The notes beneath the pieces were generated by a model. That model made no database searches. It had not been told where the DNA came from and was given only the letters and a program-made list of their open reading frames with translations. A DNA stretch of 64,000 bases from an uncultured Pelagibacteraceae bacterium (GTDB taxonomy: Bacteria > Pseudomonadota > Alphaproteobacteria > Pelagibacterales > Pelagibacteraceae), in assembly GCA_902626575.1 (NCBI GenBank), contig CACOFY010000002.1, positions 58,207 to 122,206 on the forward strand. The letters run 5' to 3'. The position numbers were made by a program, and so were the translations under genes. Below, piece by piece: positions 38,237 to 48,263 of the stretch. The first letter of the stretch is position 1; each line of letters starts with the position of its first letter.

Positions 38237-39391
38237 ATGAGATTAAAAGATTGTTATAACTTTGCGGATTTTAGAAAACTTGCTGAAAAGAAATTACCTT
38301 CGCCAATATTTCATTACATTGATGGTGCTGCGGACGATGAAATTACATATAAAAGAAATACGAGTGCATTTGATGATGTAGATTTAGTACCAAATGTTTT
38401 AAGAGGTGTAGAAAATATTGACCTTTCAACAACAATATTCGGTAAAAAATTAGATTTACCATTTTATTGTTCTCCTACAGCTTTACAAAGATTGTTTCAT
38501 TATGATGGCGAAAGAGCAGTTGGTAAAGCAGCTCAAAAATTTAATACTATGTTTGGTGTTTCAGCTTTAGCTACAGTAAGTGTAGAGGAAATATCATCAA
38601 TGATTGATACTCCAAAAATGTTTCAATTTTATTTTCATAAAGATAGAGGCCTCAATGACTCTTGTTTAGAAAGAGCAAAAGCAGCAAATTTTGATGTTAT
38701 GGCCTTAACGGTTGATACGATAACAGGTGGAAATCGTGAAAGAGACTTAAGAACAGGATTCACTTCGCCACCTAAGCTAACTCTGTCAAGTTTATATAGT
38801 TTTGCGACAAAACCAATGTGGGGAATAAATTATTTAACAAAAGGAAAATTTGAATTACCTCATCTTCAAGATTTTGTAAATGAAGGAACAAGTGTAAATT
38901 CCTCGGTTGGAAATTATTTTTCAACAATGTTAGATCAATCTATGAATTGGAATGATGCTGAAAAATTATGCTCTAAGTGGGGTGGTCATTTCGCGCTTAA
39001 AGGAATTATGAGTGTCGAGGATGCAAAAAAAGCAGTTGATATTGGATGTACAGGAATAATGGTTTCAAACCATGGTGGAAGACAACTTGATGGATCAAGG
39101 TCGCCATTTGATCAATTAGCAGAAATAGTAGATGCAGTTGGTGATAAGATTGATGTTATTTGTGAGGGCGGATTTCAAAGAGGAACTCATATGCTAAAAG
39201 CTTTATCAATTGGTGCAAAAGCATGTGCAGGTGGAAGATTATATCTTTATGCACTAGCAGCTGCGGGTCAAGCAGGAGTTGAAAGAGCTTTAGGTCAATA
39301 TAAAACTGAATTAGAGAGAGATATGAAGCTTATGGGTTGTACAAAAATTAGTGAGTTAAACAGAAATAATCTTAGATTCCGAAACTTATAA
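38237..39391 (+). CDS. FMN-dependent alpha-hydroxy acid dehydrogenase (L-lactate/glycolate)
   Basis: YIDGAA, GNRERD, VSNHGGRQLD. Confidence 0.93.
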   Translation: MRLKDCYNFADFRKLAEKKLPSPIFHYIDGAADDEITYKRNTSAFDDVDLVPNVLRGVENIDLSTTIFGKKLDLPFYCSPTALQRLFHYDGERAVGKAAQKFNTMFGVSALATVSVEEISSMIDTPKMFQFYFHKDRGLNDSCLERAKAANFDVMALTVDTITGGNRERDLRTGFTSPPKLTLSSLYSFATKPMWGINYLTKGKFELPHLQDFVNEGTSVNSSVGNYFSTMLDQSMNWNDAEKLCSKWGGHFALKGIMSVEDAKKAVDIGCTGIMVSNHGGRQLDGSRSPFDQLAEIVDAVGDKIDVICEGGFQRGTHMLKALSIGAKACAGGRLYLYALAAAGQAGVERALGQYKTELERDMKLMGCTKISELNRNNLRFRNL

Positions 39392-39497
39392 TAATTCACT
39401 AAAATAAAGCTTTGCGATTTTAACATATCACAGCGTCAGTTTTCACACTTTATAATAAATTCTTAACATTTTAATCTTTAGATTAGGAGAGATAATT

Positions 39498-39875
39498 ATG
39501 AAAAAAATATTTTTAGTTTTAACAATCTTTATTTTTACGAATGCAGCTAAAGCAGAAACTTTAAGCAAAGAAAATAAAGACAAAGCTTGGGATTGTGTTG
39601 GAATATATATGGCAAATTATTTTTTACCCTCAGGGGAAAGTTTTGAATATGGGATGAAAGAAAAATCAATGGCATCAGTTAAGGTTTGGAAAGAATATGC
39701 TTTAGAAATTGGAATAAAAGAAAAGATATGGGATGACGGTGTTAACAAAGCAGTAGATAAATATTACGGATCTAAATATGATGAGAAATTAACTGAAGGT
39801 TGTCACAAGTTTTTAGAAAGTACAATTCCAAATGGTGAAGATAGAGTAAAGAAAGTAGCTCAAACATTATATTAA
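39498..39875 (+). CDS. Hypothetical exported protein
   Basis: Signal peptide (AKA/E), AGGAG SD, two Cys. Confidence 0.8.
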   Translation: MKKIFLVLTIFIFTNAAKAETLSKENKDKAWDCVGIYMANYFLPSGESFEYGMKEKSMASVKVWKEYALEIGIKEKIWDDGVNKAVDKYYGSKYDEKLTEGCHKFLESTIPNGEDRVKKVAQTLY

Positions 39876-39888
39876 CAAAGGAGAAAAA

Positions 39889-40272
39889 ATGGATGTAAAA
39901 CAAAGAGTAAAATTAGGTTACGATTTATTTAATAAACATGATATGGAAACATTTTTTAAAGAACTTGTTGATGAAAATACAACTTGGACTTTTCCAGGAA
40001 AAGAAGGAGTCCACCCACTTTCAGGAGTCCATAAGGGTCCTCAAGGTATTATGGCAGCATTTTCAAAAATTCCTGAGAAGTGGACAAACTTTAGTGTAGT
40101 TCCAATGGATATGATCAGCGAAGGTAACAAAGTTTTTGTCAGAGTAAAAGCAACTGCTGATGGAATGGATACTATATTTGGACATTACTTTGAAGTAAAC
40201 GACAATGGTAAAATGACTACAATGATGACTTTTGATGATACACTTAGTATGTTTAATTCAATGAAGAAATAA
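39889..40272 (+). CDS. SnoaL/NTF2-like protein
   Basis: WTFPG...HPLSGVHKG, EGNKVFV, HYFEV pattern; AAGGAG SD. Confidence 0.82.
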   Translation: MDVKQRVKLGYDLFNKHDMETFFKELVDENTTWTFPGKEGVHPLSGVHKGPQGIMAAFSKIPEKWTNFSVVPMDMISEGNKVFVRVKATADGMDTIFGHYFEVNDNGKMTTMMTFDDTLSMFNSMKK

Positions 40273-40284
40273 AAATACTAGCCT

Positions 40285-40575
40285 ATGTCTGGATACGTTA
40301 TTGCTCAAATTAAAGATATTAAAGATAAAGAAATTTATAAACAGTATGTAAGTAAAGTTACACCAATAGTTGAGAAATTTGGTGGAAAGTTTCTTGTAAG
40401 AGGTGGTGAATTCCAAACTGTCGAAGGTAATTGGGAACACACAAGGAATATCTTAATTCAGTTTCCATCTTATGAAAAAGCATTAGAGTGGTACAATTCA
40501 GATGAATTAAAGCCGGTAAAACAAATGAGACTGGATAATTCAACAAGCAATTCAATAATAATAAAAGGAGTATAA
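40285..40575 (+). CDS. DUF1330 family protein
   Basis: FGGKFLVRGG, VEGNW, QFPSYEKALEWYNS. Confidence 0.9.
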   Translation: MSGYVIAQIKDIKDKEIYKQYVSKVTPIVEKFGGKFLVRGGEFQTVEGNWEHTRNILIQFPSYEKALEWYNSDELKPVKQMRLDNSTSNSIIIKGV

Positions 40576-40576
40576 A

Positions 40577-40897
40577 ATGTCGATTATAGAAAAGATGGTA
40601 AAAATATTACACGATGGAGATATCGCTGCTGCTGAACAACTAATTCATGATGACTATCAGTTTCCAATGCACTCATCTGGCAAAAAATTAGGTAAAGCAG
40701 ATGTAGTAAAATGGGTTGGCATGAAAGATGTGAAAAAGGAAAGAGTAAGAGTGCTTTTTGAAAACAACGAAGTCGGATTTGAGCATTCTTTTGTTAGTTT
40801 TAATGATGGTAACAAAGAAGCAGTAATGACTTTTTATAAATTTAAAGATGGTAAAATTATACATCAAGAAACTGGAGCAACAAAATTACCAAAATAA
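40577..40897 (+). CDS. SnoaL/NTF2-like protein
   Basis: GDIAAAEQLIHDD and KFKDGKII pattern; AAGGAG SD. Confidence 0.75.
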   Translation: MSIIEKMVKILHDGDIAAAEQLIHDDYQFPMHSSGKKLGKADVVKWVGMKDVKKERVRVLFENNEVGFEHSFVSFNDGNKEAVMTFYKFKDGKIIHQETGATKLPK

Positions 40898-40904
40898 GTA
40901 TAGA

Positions 40905-41459
40905 ATGATGAAAAAAATTTTTATCATTTTTATTTTCTATATTTTTGCTCAATCAGCTAGTGCAGCTGACAAACAAATATCTGAGTTAAATAACCTGTTT
41001 GCTCAGTTAAAAGCTTTAAGTAACGTGGAAGAGGCCAAAAAAGTTGAGGATAAAATTTGGCAGTTATGGACTACGCATCCATCAGAGGACACCTTGACTG
41101 AGCTTTTGGCAAAAGGCTCTGAGTATATGATGCAAAATCAATTAACAAGTGCACATAATGTTTTTTCTAAAGTAATTGAATTAGACCCTAAATGGGCAGA
41201 GGGATGGAATAAAAGAGCAACCGTTCTTTATATGATGGGAAATTTTGAATTATCACAAAAAGATATTGATATGGTTTTAAGTTTGGAAAAAAGACACTTC
41301 GGTGCACTTTCTGGTCAAGGGCTTGTTCAAACGGCACTTGAAAATTATGAAAAAGCGATTGATAGTTATATCGAGGCACATAAAATTTATCCATCATCAC
41401 AGTCTACTTTGCAAATGATTGAACAATTAAGTATTTTACTTCAAAAAGAGAGTATATAA
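40905..41459 (+). CDS. Exported TPR-repeat protein
   Basis: Signal peptide from ATG 40905/40908; LDPKWAEGWNKRA, HFGALSGQG. Confidence 0.88.
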   Translation: MMKKIFIIFIFYIFAQSASAADKQISELNNLFAQLKALSNVEEAKKVEDKIWQLWTTHPSEDTLTELLAKGSEYMMQNQLTSAHNVFSKVIELDPKWAEGWNKRATVLYMMGNFELSQKDIDMVLSLEKRHFGALSGQGLVQTALENYEKAIDSYIEAHKIYPSSQSTLQMIEQLSILLQKESI

Positions 41460-41465
41460 TACTTA

Positions 41466-41801
41466 ATGGCAAATATTTCAGCTTATTTAGTTTTAATTGT
41501 TGCAGTTGTGCTTGGTACTGCTGCTAATGGTTTTGCAAAAAGTGCTCAAGGATTTACATTGTTAATTCCAACATTGTTAACTGCAGTAACAATTGTTGCT
41601 TGTATGTATACTTTGTCTTTAGTGATGAAATCTATTCCGGTTGGCGTAACTTATGCTTCTTTTGCTGGTCTTTGTATAATAGCAACTATTATCGTTGGAG
41701 TAGTTAAATTTAACCAGATGCCTGATCTTTATACAATTCTTGGAATGGTTTTAATTATATCGGGTGTTTTGATTGTAAACTTAATTGGAAAAACTTCTTA
41801 A
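41466..41801 (+). CDS. SMR-family small transporter (atypical, no Glu14)
   Basis: Four TMs, KSAQGFT, IPVGVTYA, GMVLIISGV. Confidence 0.88.
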   Translation: MANISAYLVLIVAVVLGTAANGFAKSAQGFTLLIPTLLTAVTIVACMYTLSLVMKSIPVGVTYASFAGLCIIATIIVGVVKFNQMPDLYTILGMVLIISGVLIVNLIGKTS

Positions 41802-41805
41802 ACAT

Positions 41806-41949
41806 TTAAAAGCCCATTCTTGACCAATTAACTTTATCTTGATTTTTACTTTTAAACTTTTTTAGTTCACTTTTAGAAGGTTTTTTAAAAATAAAAAACA
41901 AAGTTAACATAACTCCAAGTAAAGCTAATGTACTATAACAAATATTCAT
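41806..41949 (-). CDS. Putative 47-aa single-TM membrane peptide (not in the ORF track)
   Basis: MNICYSTLALLGVMLTLFFIFKKPSKSELKKFKSKNQDKVNWSRMGF*; fills the gap between the SMR genes; TTGAAA...TATTAA upstream. Confidence 0.6.
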   Translation of the reverse strand: MNICYSTLALLGVMLTLFFIFKKPSKSELKKFKSKNQDKVNWSRMGF

Positions 41950-42019
41950 AACTACTTTAATAATATTAAGAAAATTTATTTCAATAATGAATATTGTACA
42001 TTTTTGTCGTACTTAAAAT

Positions 42020-42349
42020 TTAAGAATTCGTCCTACCTAGATAATTTACTAAAATAACACCAATAATTATTAATATTATTCCAATTGTTCCATAAATATT
42101 TGGTAATTGATTATATTTAACAACCCCAAATAAAGTGACAGCTGTAATGGTTAATCCTCCATAAGTAGCATACGTAAAACCAACCGGAATCGTTGTCATA
42201 GCTTTAGATAATAAAAACAAACAAATTACTATTGAAGAGACACAAAATATTGTTGGATATAAGTTTGAAAATCCATCAGTAGTTTTTAAAAAACCGTTTG
42301 CTGCAATGCCAAATATAATTGCGAAGGCTAAATATATATATCCACTCAT
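42020..42349 (-). CDS. SMR-family small transporter (atypical, no Glu14)
   Basis: YIYLAFAII, KTTDGF, IPVGFTYA, GIILIIIGV. Confidence 0.88.
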   Translation of the reverse strand: MSGYIYLAFAIIFGIAANGFLKTTDGFSNLYPTIFCVSSIVICLFLLSKAMTTIPVGFTYATYGGLTITAVTLFGVVKYNQLPNIYGTIGIILIIIGVILVNYLGRTNS

Positions 42350-42358
42350 AAAACTATT

Positions 42359-42751
42359 TTATTTATAAATTTTATCTACTTCAACTTGATAAGACTCAAC
42401 TAGTTTGTTGTTTTGATTAGCAATACCAACAACATCGATCATTTCTTTAATCATTTGATCTGATGCTCCTTTTTTTTTTGCTGCCGCAGTATGAGATCTA
42501 ATACAATATTCACAACTATTTGTTATTGAAACTGCAACATATATTAGCTCTTTTGTTATGGGATCAAGAGCCCCTTTTTTCATTATTTGTTTTAAATTAT
42601 TCCAAGTTCTCTCTAAAGTACCAGGGTTATTAGCTATCGCTCTCCAAAAATTTGGAATTTTTTTTATATTTCTTGTTTGTTTTATATCATCAAAAACTTT
42701 TTTGATTTTTCCCTTAGCGTTTCTCTCATTAATTAATTTAAATACTGACAT
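42359..42751 (-). CDS. Carboxymuconolactone decarboxylase/AhpD-like protein
   Basis: KELIYVAVSITNSCEYCIRSH. Confidence 0.9.
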   Translation of the reverse strand: MSVFKLINERNAKGKIKKVFDDIKQTRNIKKIPNFWRAIANNPGTLERTWNNLKQIMKKGALDPITKELIYVAVSITNSCEYCIRSHTAAAKKKGASDQMIKEMIDVVGIANQNNKLVESYQVEVDKIYK

Positions 42752-42762
42752 TTTCCCTCCTA

Positions 42763-43491
42763 TTAGATTTTAAGAATATCACTCTTAAATTTTGAATACA
42801 AAATATAAGAGTAATTATTCATATTTTTCATATTTGCTTGTGCCTCATTATCAAATTTTTCTAATGCATTTGGACCAAGTTGCTTTTCTAACGCTGACTT
42901 ATATTCAGGTACGCATCCCCAGTCGTTAACAGTGGTGTCTTTTACCTCTATATGAAATTGTATTCCATAAGCATGACTTTGATATTTAAAAATTTGATAT
43001 TTTGTTTCAGGTGAGGATGCTAAATGAATTATATTTTTATTATTTTCGAGCCCTTGAACTTCATACGAATGCCACTGTAATGATGTAATTTTATTTGGAA
43101 ATTCAGAAAATAAGGGATCAAGACTTTTATCTTGAGAAAAATTTATATCTAACATGCCTATCTCAGGCTTATTTGATTTGACTACTTTTCCACCAACTAC
43201 TTCGCCTAAAAGCTGACAGCCAAGACAAAATCCTAAATATGGCTTTTTCAAATCAATCACAAATTCTTTTATTCTTTTCTTTTCTTCAACAAGCCATGGG
43301 TAATCTTTTTCCATCCAAGTATCCATTGGGCCTCCCATGCAAAGCATAGCATCGAACTTTGAGATATCATTAGGGATTTTTTCTCCCTCATCTAATTCAA
43401 TTGTAGTTAGATTAGCTCCATCTTTAATCATTAAATCTTTGATATAACCAGGATCCTCTATTTTGATATGTTGGAGAATTAATATTTTCAC
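42763..43491 (-). CDS. Class I glutamine amidotransferase-like protein
   Basis: MGGPM, GFCLGCQL, QWH, GIQFHIE catalytic triad. Confidence 0.9.
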   Translation of the reverse strand: MKILILQHIKIEDPGYIKDLMIKDGANLTTIELDEGEKIPNDISKFDAMLCMGGPMDTWMEKDYPWLVEEKKRIKEFVIDLKKPYLGFCLGCQLLGEVVGGKVVKSNKPEIGMLDINFSQDKSLDPLFSEFPNKITSLQWHSYEVQGLENNKNIIHLASSPETKYQIFKYQSHAYGIQFHIEVKDTTVNDWGCVPEYKSALEKQLGPNALEKFDNEAQANMKNMNNYSYILYSKFKSDILKI

Positions 43492-43505
43492 AATATTTAA
43501 ACTAA

Positions 43506-45860
43506 TTAAAAACTGGTTGAAACTTCTATGTCTGTTCCATACTCAGGAATTGGACTATCAAAGTTATATGACGAATTTAATTTGATATCAAAACCACGTA
43601 AATCTTTGACATAGCTTAATTTTACTAAATTATTTATTAATGGATCAAAGTTAAAAGCAAACTCAGAGTCTTCCTCCTTGATATGTCCTAATTTTATTAA
43701 AAGACTATCGGTATGAGAAAATCTATGATCATCAAGATGCTGAAATCGTTCGTAGTTTAAAGAAAAAGTAAATCCATTTAAATAAATAGTTTCAAATCCG
43801 ATATTTCCTCTAATATTTTGTTTAGAGTAATTATTAATCTCGACCCTTTTAATAGCTGTATTTCCTTGTTCCAAATATTCAAATTTTATATCAGGTGTTA
43901 AATCATATACATATTCCAAACCACCATTAGTTTTAACAGTTCCTCTGTCAATATTGTAATCTTCTAGATCAAATATAAAACCAGCTGCAACCTCTGCTGT
44001 TTCAAAAAATTCTTCATCATATAAAACATCAGTTGAACGTCTTACAGTAGATATATAATTAGTAAAATCACTTAAATGCGTCCATCCATAAGTTAATCTA
44101 CCTGAAGGAGTTATATTAAAATCTCCATAAGTTTCTTTGTTTCTAAAATTTATTGCCGTAAATAATTGTTTTCCGTTTCTTTCACCTGTTATTTGACCTG
44201 AGTGTTTATGATCAAATCTCAAAAGACTTAACCCAACAACAGCATTTATATATCGTTGCTCATCACCTGGCGCAATTCCATATAAATTTAATGTTAAAGA
44301 CTCCATATCTATTTCATCAATTGAATTTGTACTCGAGTGATTTTCTGCATACCTAATAGCTAAACCAAAAAATTTATCTTCTGCAAATTTTTTATCTGCT
44401 CCAAAAGTTATACCGGATGCTGTTATTTTTTTTGGTTTTTCGATTGGAGTGTCTTCATACCTTCCAATCGAAATATCCCCATGGCTCCAATAAGACCAAG
44501 TAGATTTTTTATTACTTTTCTTTTTATTTGTAATTGAAGCCTGACGGATATATTTAGATTCTTTTAATTTGCTTTTTAGAGATGTTAATACAGGATTAAA
44601 AGTTTTTACATTTATATTAAAACTATTTAAATTTTCACTATCTCGGTTTCGTTTAACCCACTCAAATCTTTTAAAAATTGTTGATACATTTAAATTTATA
44701 TTTTGTTTTGAAAGCTGTACTGTTGAACCAACTAAAGAAGCTGGGTCCGTTACACATTCAATTATTCCATATGGACATTCTAAATCGAATTGGTGTATTC
44801 GCATTTCACCGGGGGTTTGGTCAGCAATATCTGTTACGAATAATCTCATTCCATCAGCAGAAAAACTTATTCCTCTTGGAGATCCTTCTATACCCCACTC
44901 GCTTTCACCGTCAGTTCTAACTTCATCAAAATCTATGCTAAATCGTCCAACTTTTTCTGCAGTAGATACATCAAAATTTGTATCTAATCTAAATTGATAA
45001 ATATAGTTTTGGTTACCTTGAATACCATGTCTTGCTGCACTTTGTTTTGAATGATTGTTGTTAATCACAATAAACATTGCGTTCCCCTCTGGAGTAAATT
45101 CAACATCTACTCCCATGTCTGCAGACCCAGAAGTTAAAATTATTCCCTTATCAACTAAATCCACTTGATGAGTTATGGTTGTTGAAGAAATATCAAATGG
45201 TGCTGGTAAGGTATGGGTATAGATAATTGGAACATTTCCACTGTTCTGCAATAAAAAAAGTTTTGTTCCATCTTTACTTAAATGCATACTATCAATATTA
45301 GTAATTCCACTACTAAATGATTTTTCATATGTCATTGTGCCAATATCATATGGAGTGCTTAAATTAAATTTACCAATTACTCCTACAGTGCTCACAAAGA
45401 AAAATGTTCTACCATCATTTGCTATGTGCATATTGTCAAGCTGATCACTTCCAAAATCACCACCTGAAATATCATTCGGATTAGCTCCATCAAGATCCCC
45501 ACAGCCCGAATTTACATCCGTCTTAACTCTATCTGTTGTTATGTCAAAGGGTGTATTAAGTCTGTTCATTCTTAATGGACTATCACTCACACCAGTAGCT
45601 GAGTGAGTACCTGTGGCTCTATTTGCTATAAATAATTGTTTACCATCAGAACTAAACAATACCTTATTAGGCTCATGAGTACTATCTTGGTCTAACTCGA
45701 CACCACTAATCGTTGCTGTACAACTGGGGTCTACTCCACTTTTAAAATCACCATTACCACCTGGATTTATGGAACCAGCATGTGTAACGGTTAATGCCTC
45801 AGCAAATACTGAGTTAGAGCTAAAAATAAAAAAAATAAATAACAAAAAAATTTTTTTCAT
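43506..45860 (-). CDS. Autotransporter-like outer membrane protein with repeat (beta-propeller-like) passenger
   Basis: Signal peptide; FSxDG and PFDIS repeats; GITFGADKK...GLAIRY beta-barrel; C-terminal Phe. Confidence 0.78.
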   Translation of the reverse strand: MKKIFLLFIFFIFSSNSVFAEALTVTHAGSINPGGNGDFKSGVDPSCTATISGVELDQDSTHEPNKVLFSSDGKQLFIANRATGTHSATGVSDSPLRMNRLNTPFDITTDRVKTDVNSGCGDLDGANPNDISGGDFGSDQLDNMHIANDGRTFFFVSTVGVIGKFNLSTPYDIGTMTYEKSFSSGITNIDSMHLSKDGTKLFLLQNSGNVPIIYTHTLPAPFDISSTTITHQVDLVDKGIILTSGSADMGVDVEFTPEGNAMFIVINNNHSKQSAARHGIQGNQNYIYQFRLDTNFDVSTAEKVGRFSIDFDEVRTDGESEWGIEGSPRGISFSADGMRLFVTDIADQTPGEMRIHQFDLECPYGIIECVTDPASLVGSTVQLSKQNINLNVSTIFKRFEWVKRNRDSENLNSFNINVKTFNPVLTSLKSKLKESKYIRQASITNKKKSNKKSTWSYWSHGDISIGRYEDTPIEKPKKITASGITFGADKKFAEDKFFGLAIRYAENHSSTNSIDEIDMESLTLNLYGIAPGDEQRYINAVVGLSLLRFDHKHSGQITGERNGKQLFTAINFRNKETYGDFNITPSGRLTYGWTHLSDFTNYISTVRRSTDVLYDEEFFETAEVAAGFIFDLEDYNIDRGTVKTNGGLEYVYDLTPDIKFEYLEQGNTAIKRVEINNYSKQNIRGNIGFETIYLNGFTFSLNYERFQHLDDHRFSHTDSLLIKLGHIKEEDSEFAFNFDPLINNLVKLSYVKDLRGFDIKLNSSYNFDSPIPEYGTDIEVSTSF

Positions 45861-45944
45861 AAAGTCACTTTGAAATTGAATATATAATCCAATCTTAAAA
45901 GCTAGAAAACTATTTTTTATGAAAAAAAAGCCGCAAAAAATAAA

Positions 45945-48257
45945 TTAAAACTTACTTGAAACTTCTATATTTGTATCGTGCTCTAACGAATTATCAAAAA
46001 TTTGAGTATGATTAATTGAATAATCTAAGCCATTTATATTTTTCTGGTAACTTAAAGTTGATTGATGATTATTTAAAGGGTTGTAATTAAATGCAAATTC
46101 ATCGTCTTCTTCCTTAGATCTACTTATTTTAAATATAAATGTATCTCGATCACTTTTCGATTTACCATTTTTTTTAATACTCATAATTTTTTCAAAGTTC
46201 GATGAAAAAGTGAAGCCATTTAAATATATCATTTCAAAACCAATATTATATTTCAAATTTTTATTTGTATGTTTTCTAATTACTTCTTCACTTACATGTG
46301 TTTGACCTTCATAGATATATTTGTAACTATTATCAGGCGATAAATCGTAAAGCAGTTCTAATCCACCCATTGTTTGTAAAGAGCCCGCCTCAGTTATATA
46401 TTTATCCATTTCAAATAAAAAACCAGCTGCAAGCTCTCCACTTTGAAAAGTATCTTTTTTATAAGTAATATTTTTTATTAAAGGATCATTTGTGTTCCTA
46501 ATTAAATCTGTCATTTCTGACAATTGCGTCACTCCAAGATCAAACTTTAAAGAAGGTGTTGTATTAAATTTACCAAATCTATTTTTTGTTCTAAAATTTA
46601 TTGACGTAAAAGCTTGTTTTCCATTTCTTTCACCGGACAATTTAGATTGATAAATATGGTCAATATTTAAAAAACTGATTCCAAACACTATATTTGCATA
46701 TGTATCTTCGTCAGTGGGTGCAATTCCATATAAATTTAAAGTAAGTGATTCCATGCTCACATCTTGTTTTATTTTTTTGATATCACTACTACTATCCCCG
46801 TATCTTAAAGCTAAACCAAAAAATTTATTATCACCATATTTTCGATCTGCCCCGACTGTTAGTCCTCTTGCGCTTATGTGCTTTGGTCTTGCATTTTCAT
46901 CTTGACCAAATTTACCGACGTATATGTCTCCAATACTCCAAGAGGACCATTTAGATTGTTTCTCTTCATTATTGATATTACTTATAAGTGAAGCAATATT
47001 TTTTCTTGTAGTAGGCTCAAATTTATTTGCTAAAGCATCTACCAGTGGGTTTTGATAGTTAATGTTTATATTATGTGCACTTAAATTTTCTTCATCTCTG
47101 TTTCTTTTAATCCATTCAAATCGTCTGAAAATAGTTGATATGTTTACACTAATATTTTGTTTTGCCATCTCTACTGTCGTACTTACAACAGAGGTTGTTG
47201 CAGATGTACACTCTACTACTCCATAAGGACATTCTAAATCAAAACGATTTATTTGATCTACCCCGTCACCAGTCTGAATTTGTACGATAAATAGATGCAT
47301 GCCGTCAGAAGAAAAACTAAAACCTTGAGGCATACCTATACCATTAACATTCGAAGGATGTAAATTACCAAAACCTTTTACATTCCATCTTCCAACTTTT
47401 TCTGCGGTGGAAACATCAAAACTTTCTTCTAATCGAAACTGATAAATATAACTATGAGCTCTTGATCCATTATTAAAAATTAATACAAACATTGAAAAAC
47501 CATCATCACTAAATTCTATGTCTTCTGCAGTATTACCAGTCGGGCTGTCTACATCTATACCTAAAGTACTTAGATCCACTTGGTGAATTTGAGTTGCTGA
47601 ACTTATATCATGGGCTGCGGGTAATTCAAAAGTAGTCAAAGTTGGAGTGTCAGTGGTTGAACTCAGTGTAAAAACTTTTGTTGCTTCCTTATTAAATGCT
47701 ATACTGTCTATATCATTATCAAAATCAAGTAGGGCTTCAAATGTCAGTCCATCAAGATTAAAAGCTGTTGTAGCATTAAATTTTGCTAATCCGCCAATAA
47801 AATCTAAAATATAAAATATTTTTCCATCATCTTTTATTACTATGTTTTCTGTAATATCAGCTAACACCTCACCTGACCCTTCGTTAACATCCATTGCATC
47901 AATAGCATCACACGTTACATCTGCACCTTGACTAATCATTAGATCTGATGTTACTTTAAAAGGTACAGCTACTTTATTCATCTGAACAGAATGGTCTTCT
48001 AAGTTACCACGAGATGAATTAGTTGTAAAAACTGTTAAGCCATCATCACTCCATACAACATCAGTCGGGTCTTCAGTTCTATCTTTTTCAAGGGCTCTCT
48101 CGGTTTGGCTTGATAAACAAGTTAAAGTGTTATGTGCCTTGTTACCACCAGGAATTATACCATCAAACCATCTAACATTTAGTTCTCGAGCTGCTACGAA
48201 ATTTGAAATAAAAATCGAGATTAAATAACAAACTATTATTACGGCAGCTTTTTTCAT
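45945..48257 (-). CDS. Autotransporter-like outer membrane protein, paralog of 43506-45860
   Basis: Same architecture; shared FDLECPYG..EC and STIF.RFEW.KRNRD.ENL; C-terminal Phe. Confidence 0.78.
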   Translation of the reverse strand: MKKAAVIIVCYLISIFISNFVAARELNVRWFDGIIPGGNKAHNTLTCLSSQTERALEKDRTEDPTDVVWSDDGLTVFTTNSSRGNLEDHSVQMNKVAVPFKVTSDLMISQGADVTCDAIDAMDVNEGSGEVLADITENIVIKDDGKIFYILDFIGGLAKFNATTAFNLDGLTFEALLDFDNDIDSIAFNKEATKVFTLSSTTDTPTLTTFELPAAHDISSATQIHQVDLSTLGIDVDSPTGNTAEDIEFSDDGFSMFVLIFNNGSRAHSYIYQFRLEESFDVSTAEKVGRWNVKGFGNLHPSNVNGIGMPQGFSFSSDGMHLFIVQIQTGDGVDQINRFDLECPYGVVECTSATTSVVSTTVEMAKQNISVNISTIFRRFEWIKRNRDEENLSAHNININYQNPLVDALANKFEPTTRKNIASLISNINNEEKQSKWSSWSIGDIYVGKFGQDENARPKHISARGLTVGADRKYGDNKFFGLALRYGDSSSDIKKIKQDVSMESLTLNLYGIAPTDEDTYANIVFGISFLNIDHIYQSKLSGERNGKQAFTSINFRTKNRFGKFNTTPSLKFDLGVTQLSEMTDLIRNTNDPLIKNITYKKDTFQSGELAAGFLFEMDKYITEAGSLQTMGGLELLYDLSPDNSYKYIYEGQTHVSEEVIRKHTNKNLKYNIGFEMIYLNGFTFSSNFEKIMSIKKNGKSKSDRDTFIFKISRSKEEDDEFAFNYNPLNNHQSTLSYQKNINGLDYSINHTQIFDNSLEHDTNIEVSSKF

Positions 48258-48263
48258 AATAAA

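Noticed and set aside
43506-48257. Passenger repeats as a DNA repeat array, CRISPR or diversity-generating retroelement target
   Set aside because: The repeats are degenerate and visible only at protein level; no spacer structure, cas gene or reverse transcriptase is present.
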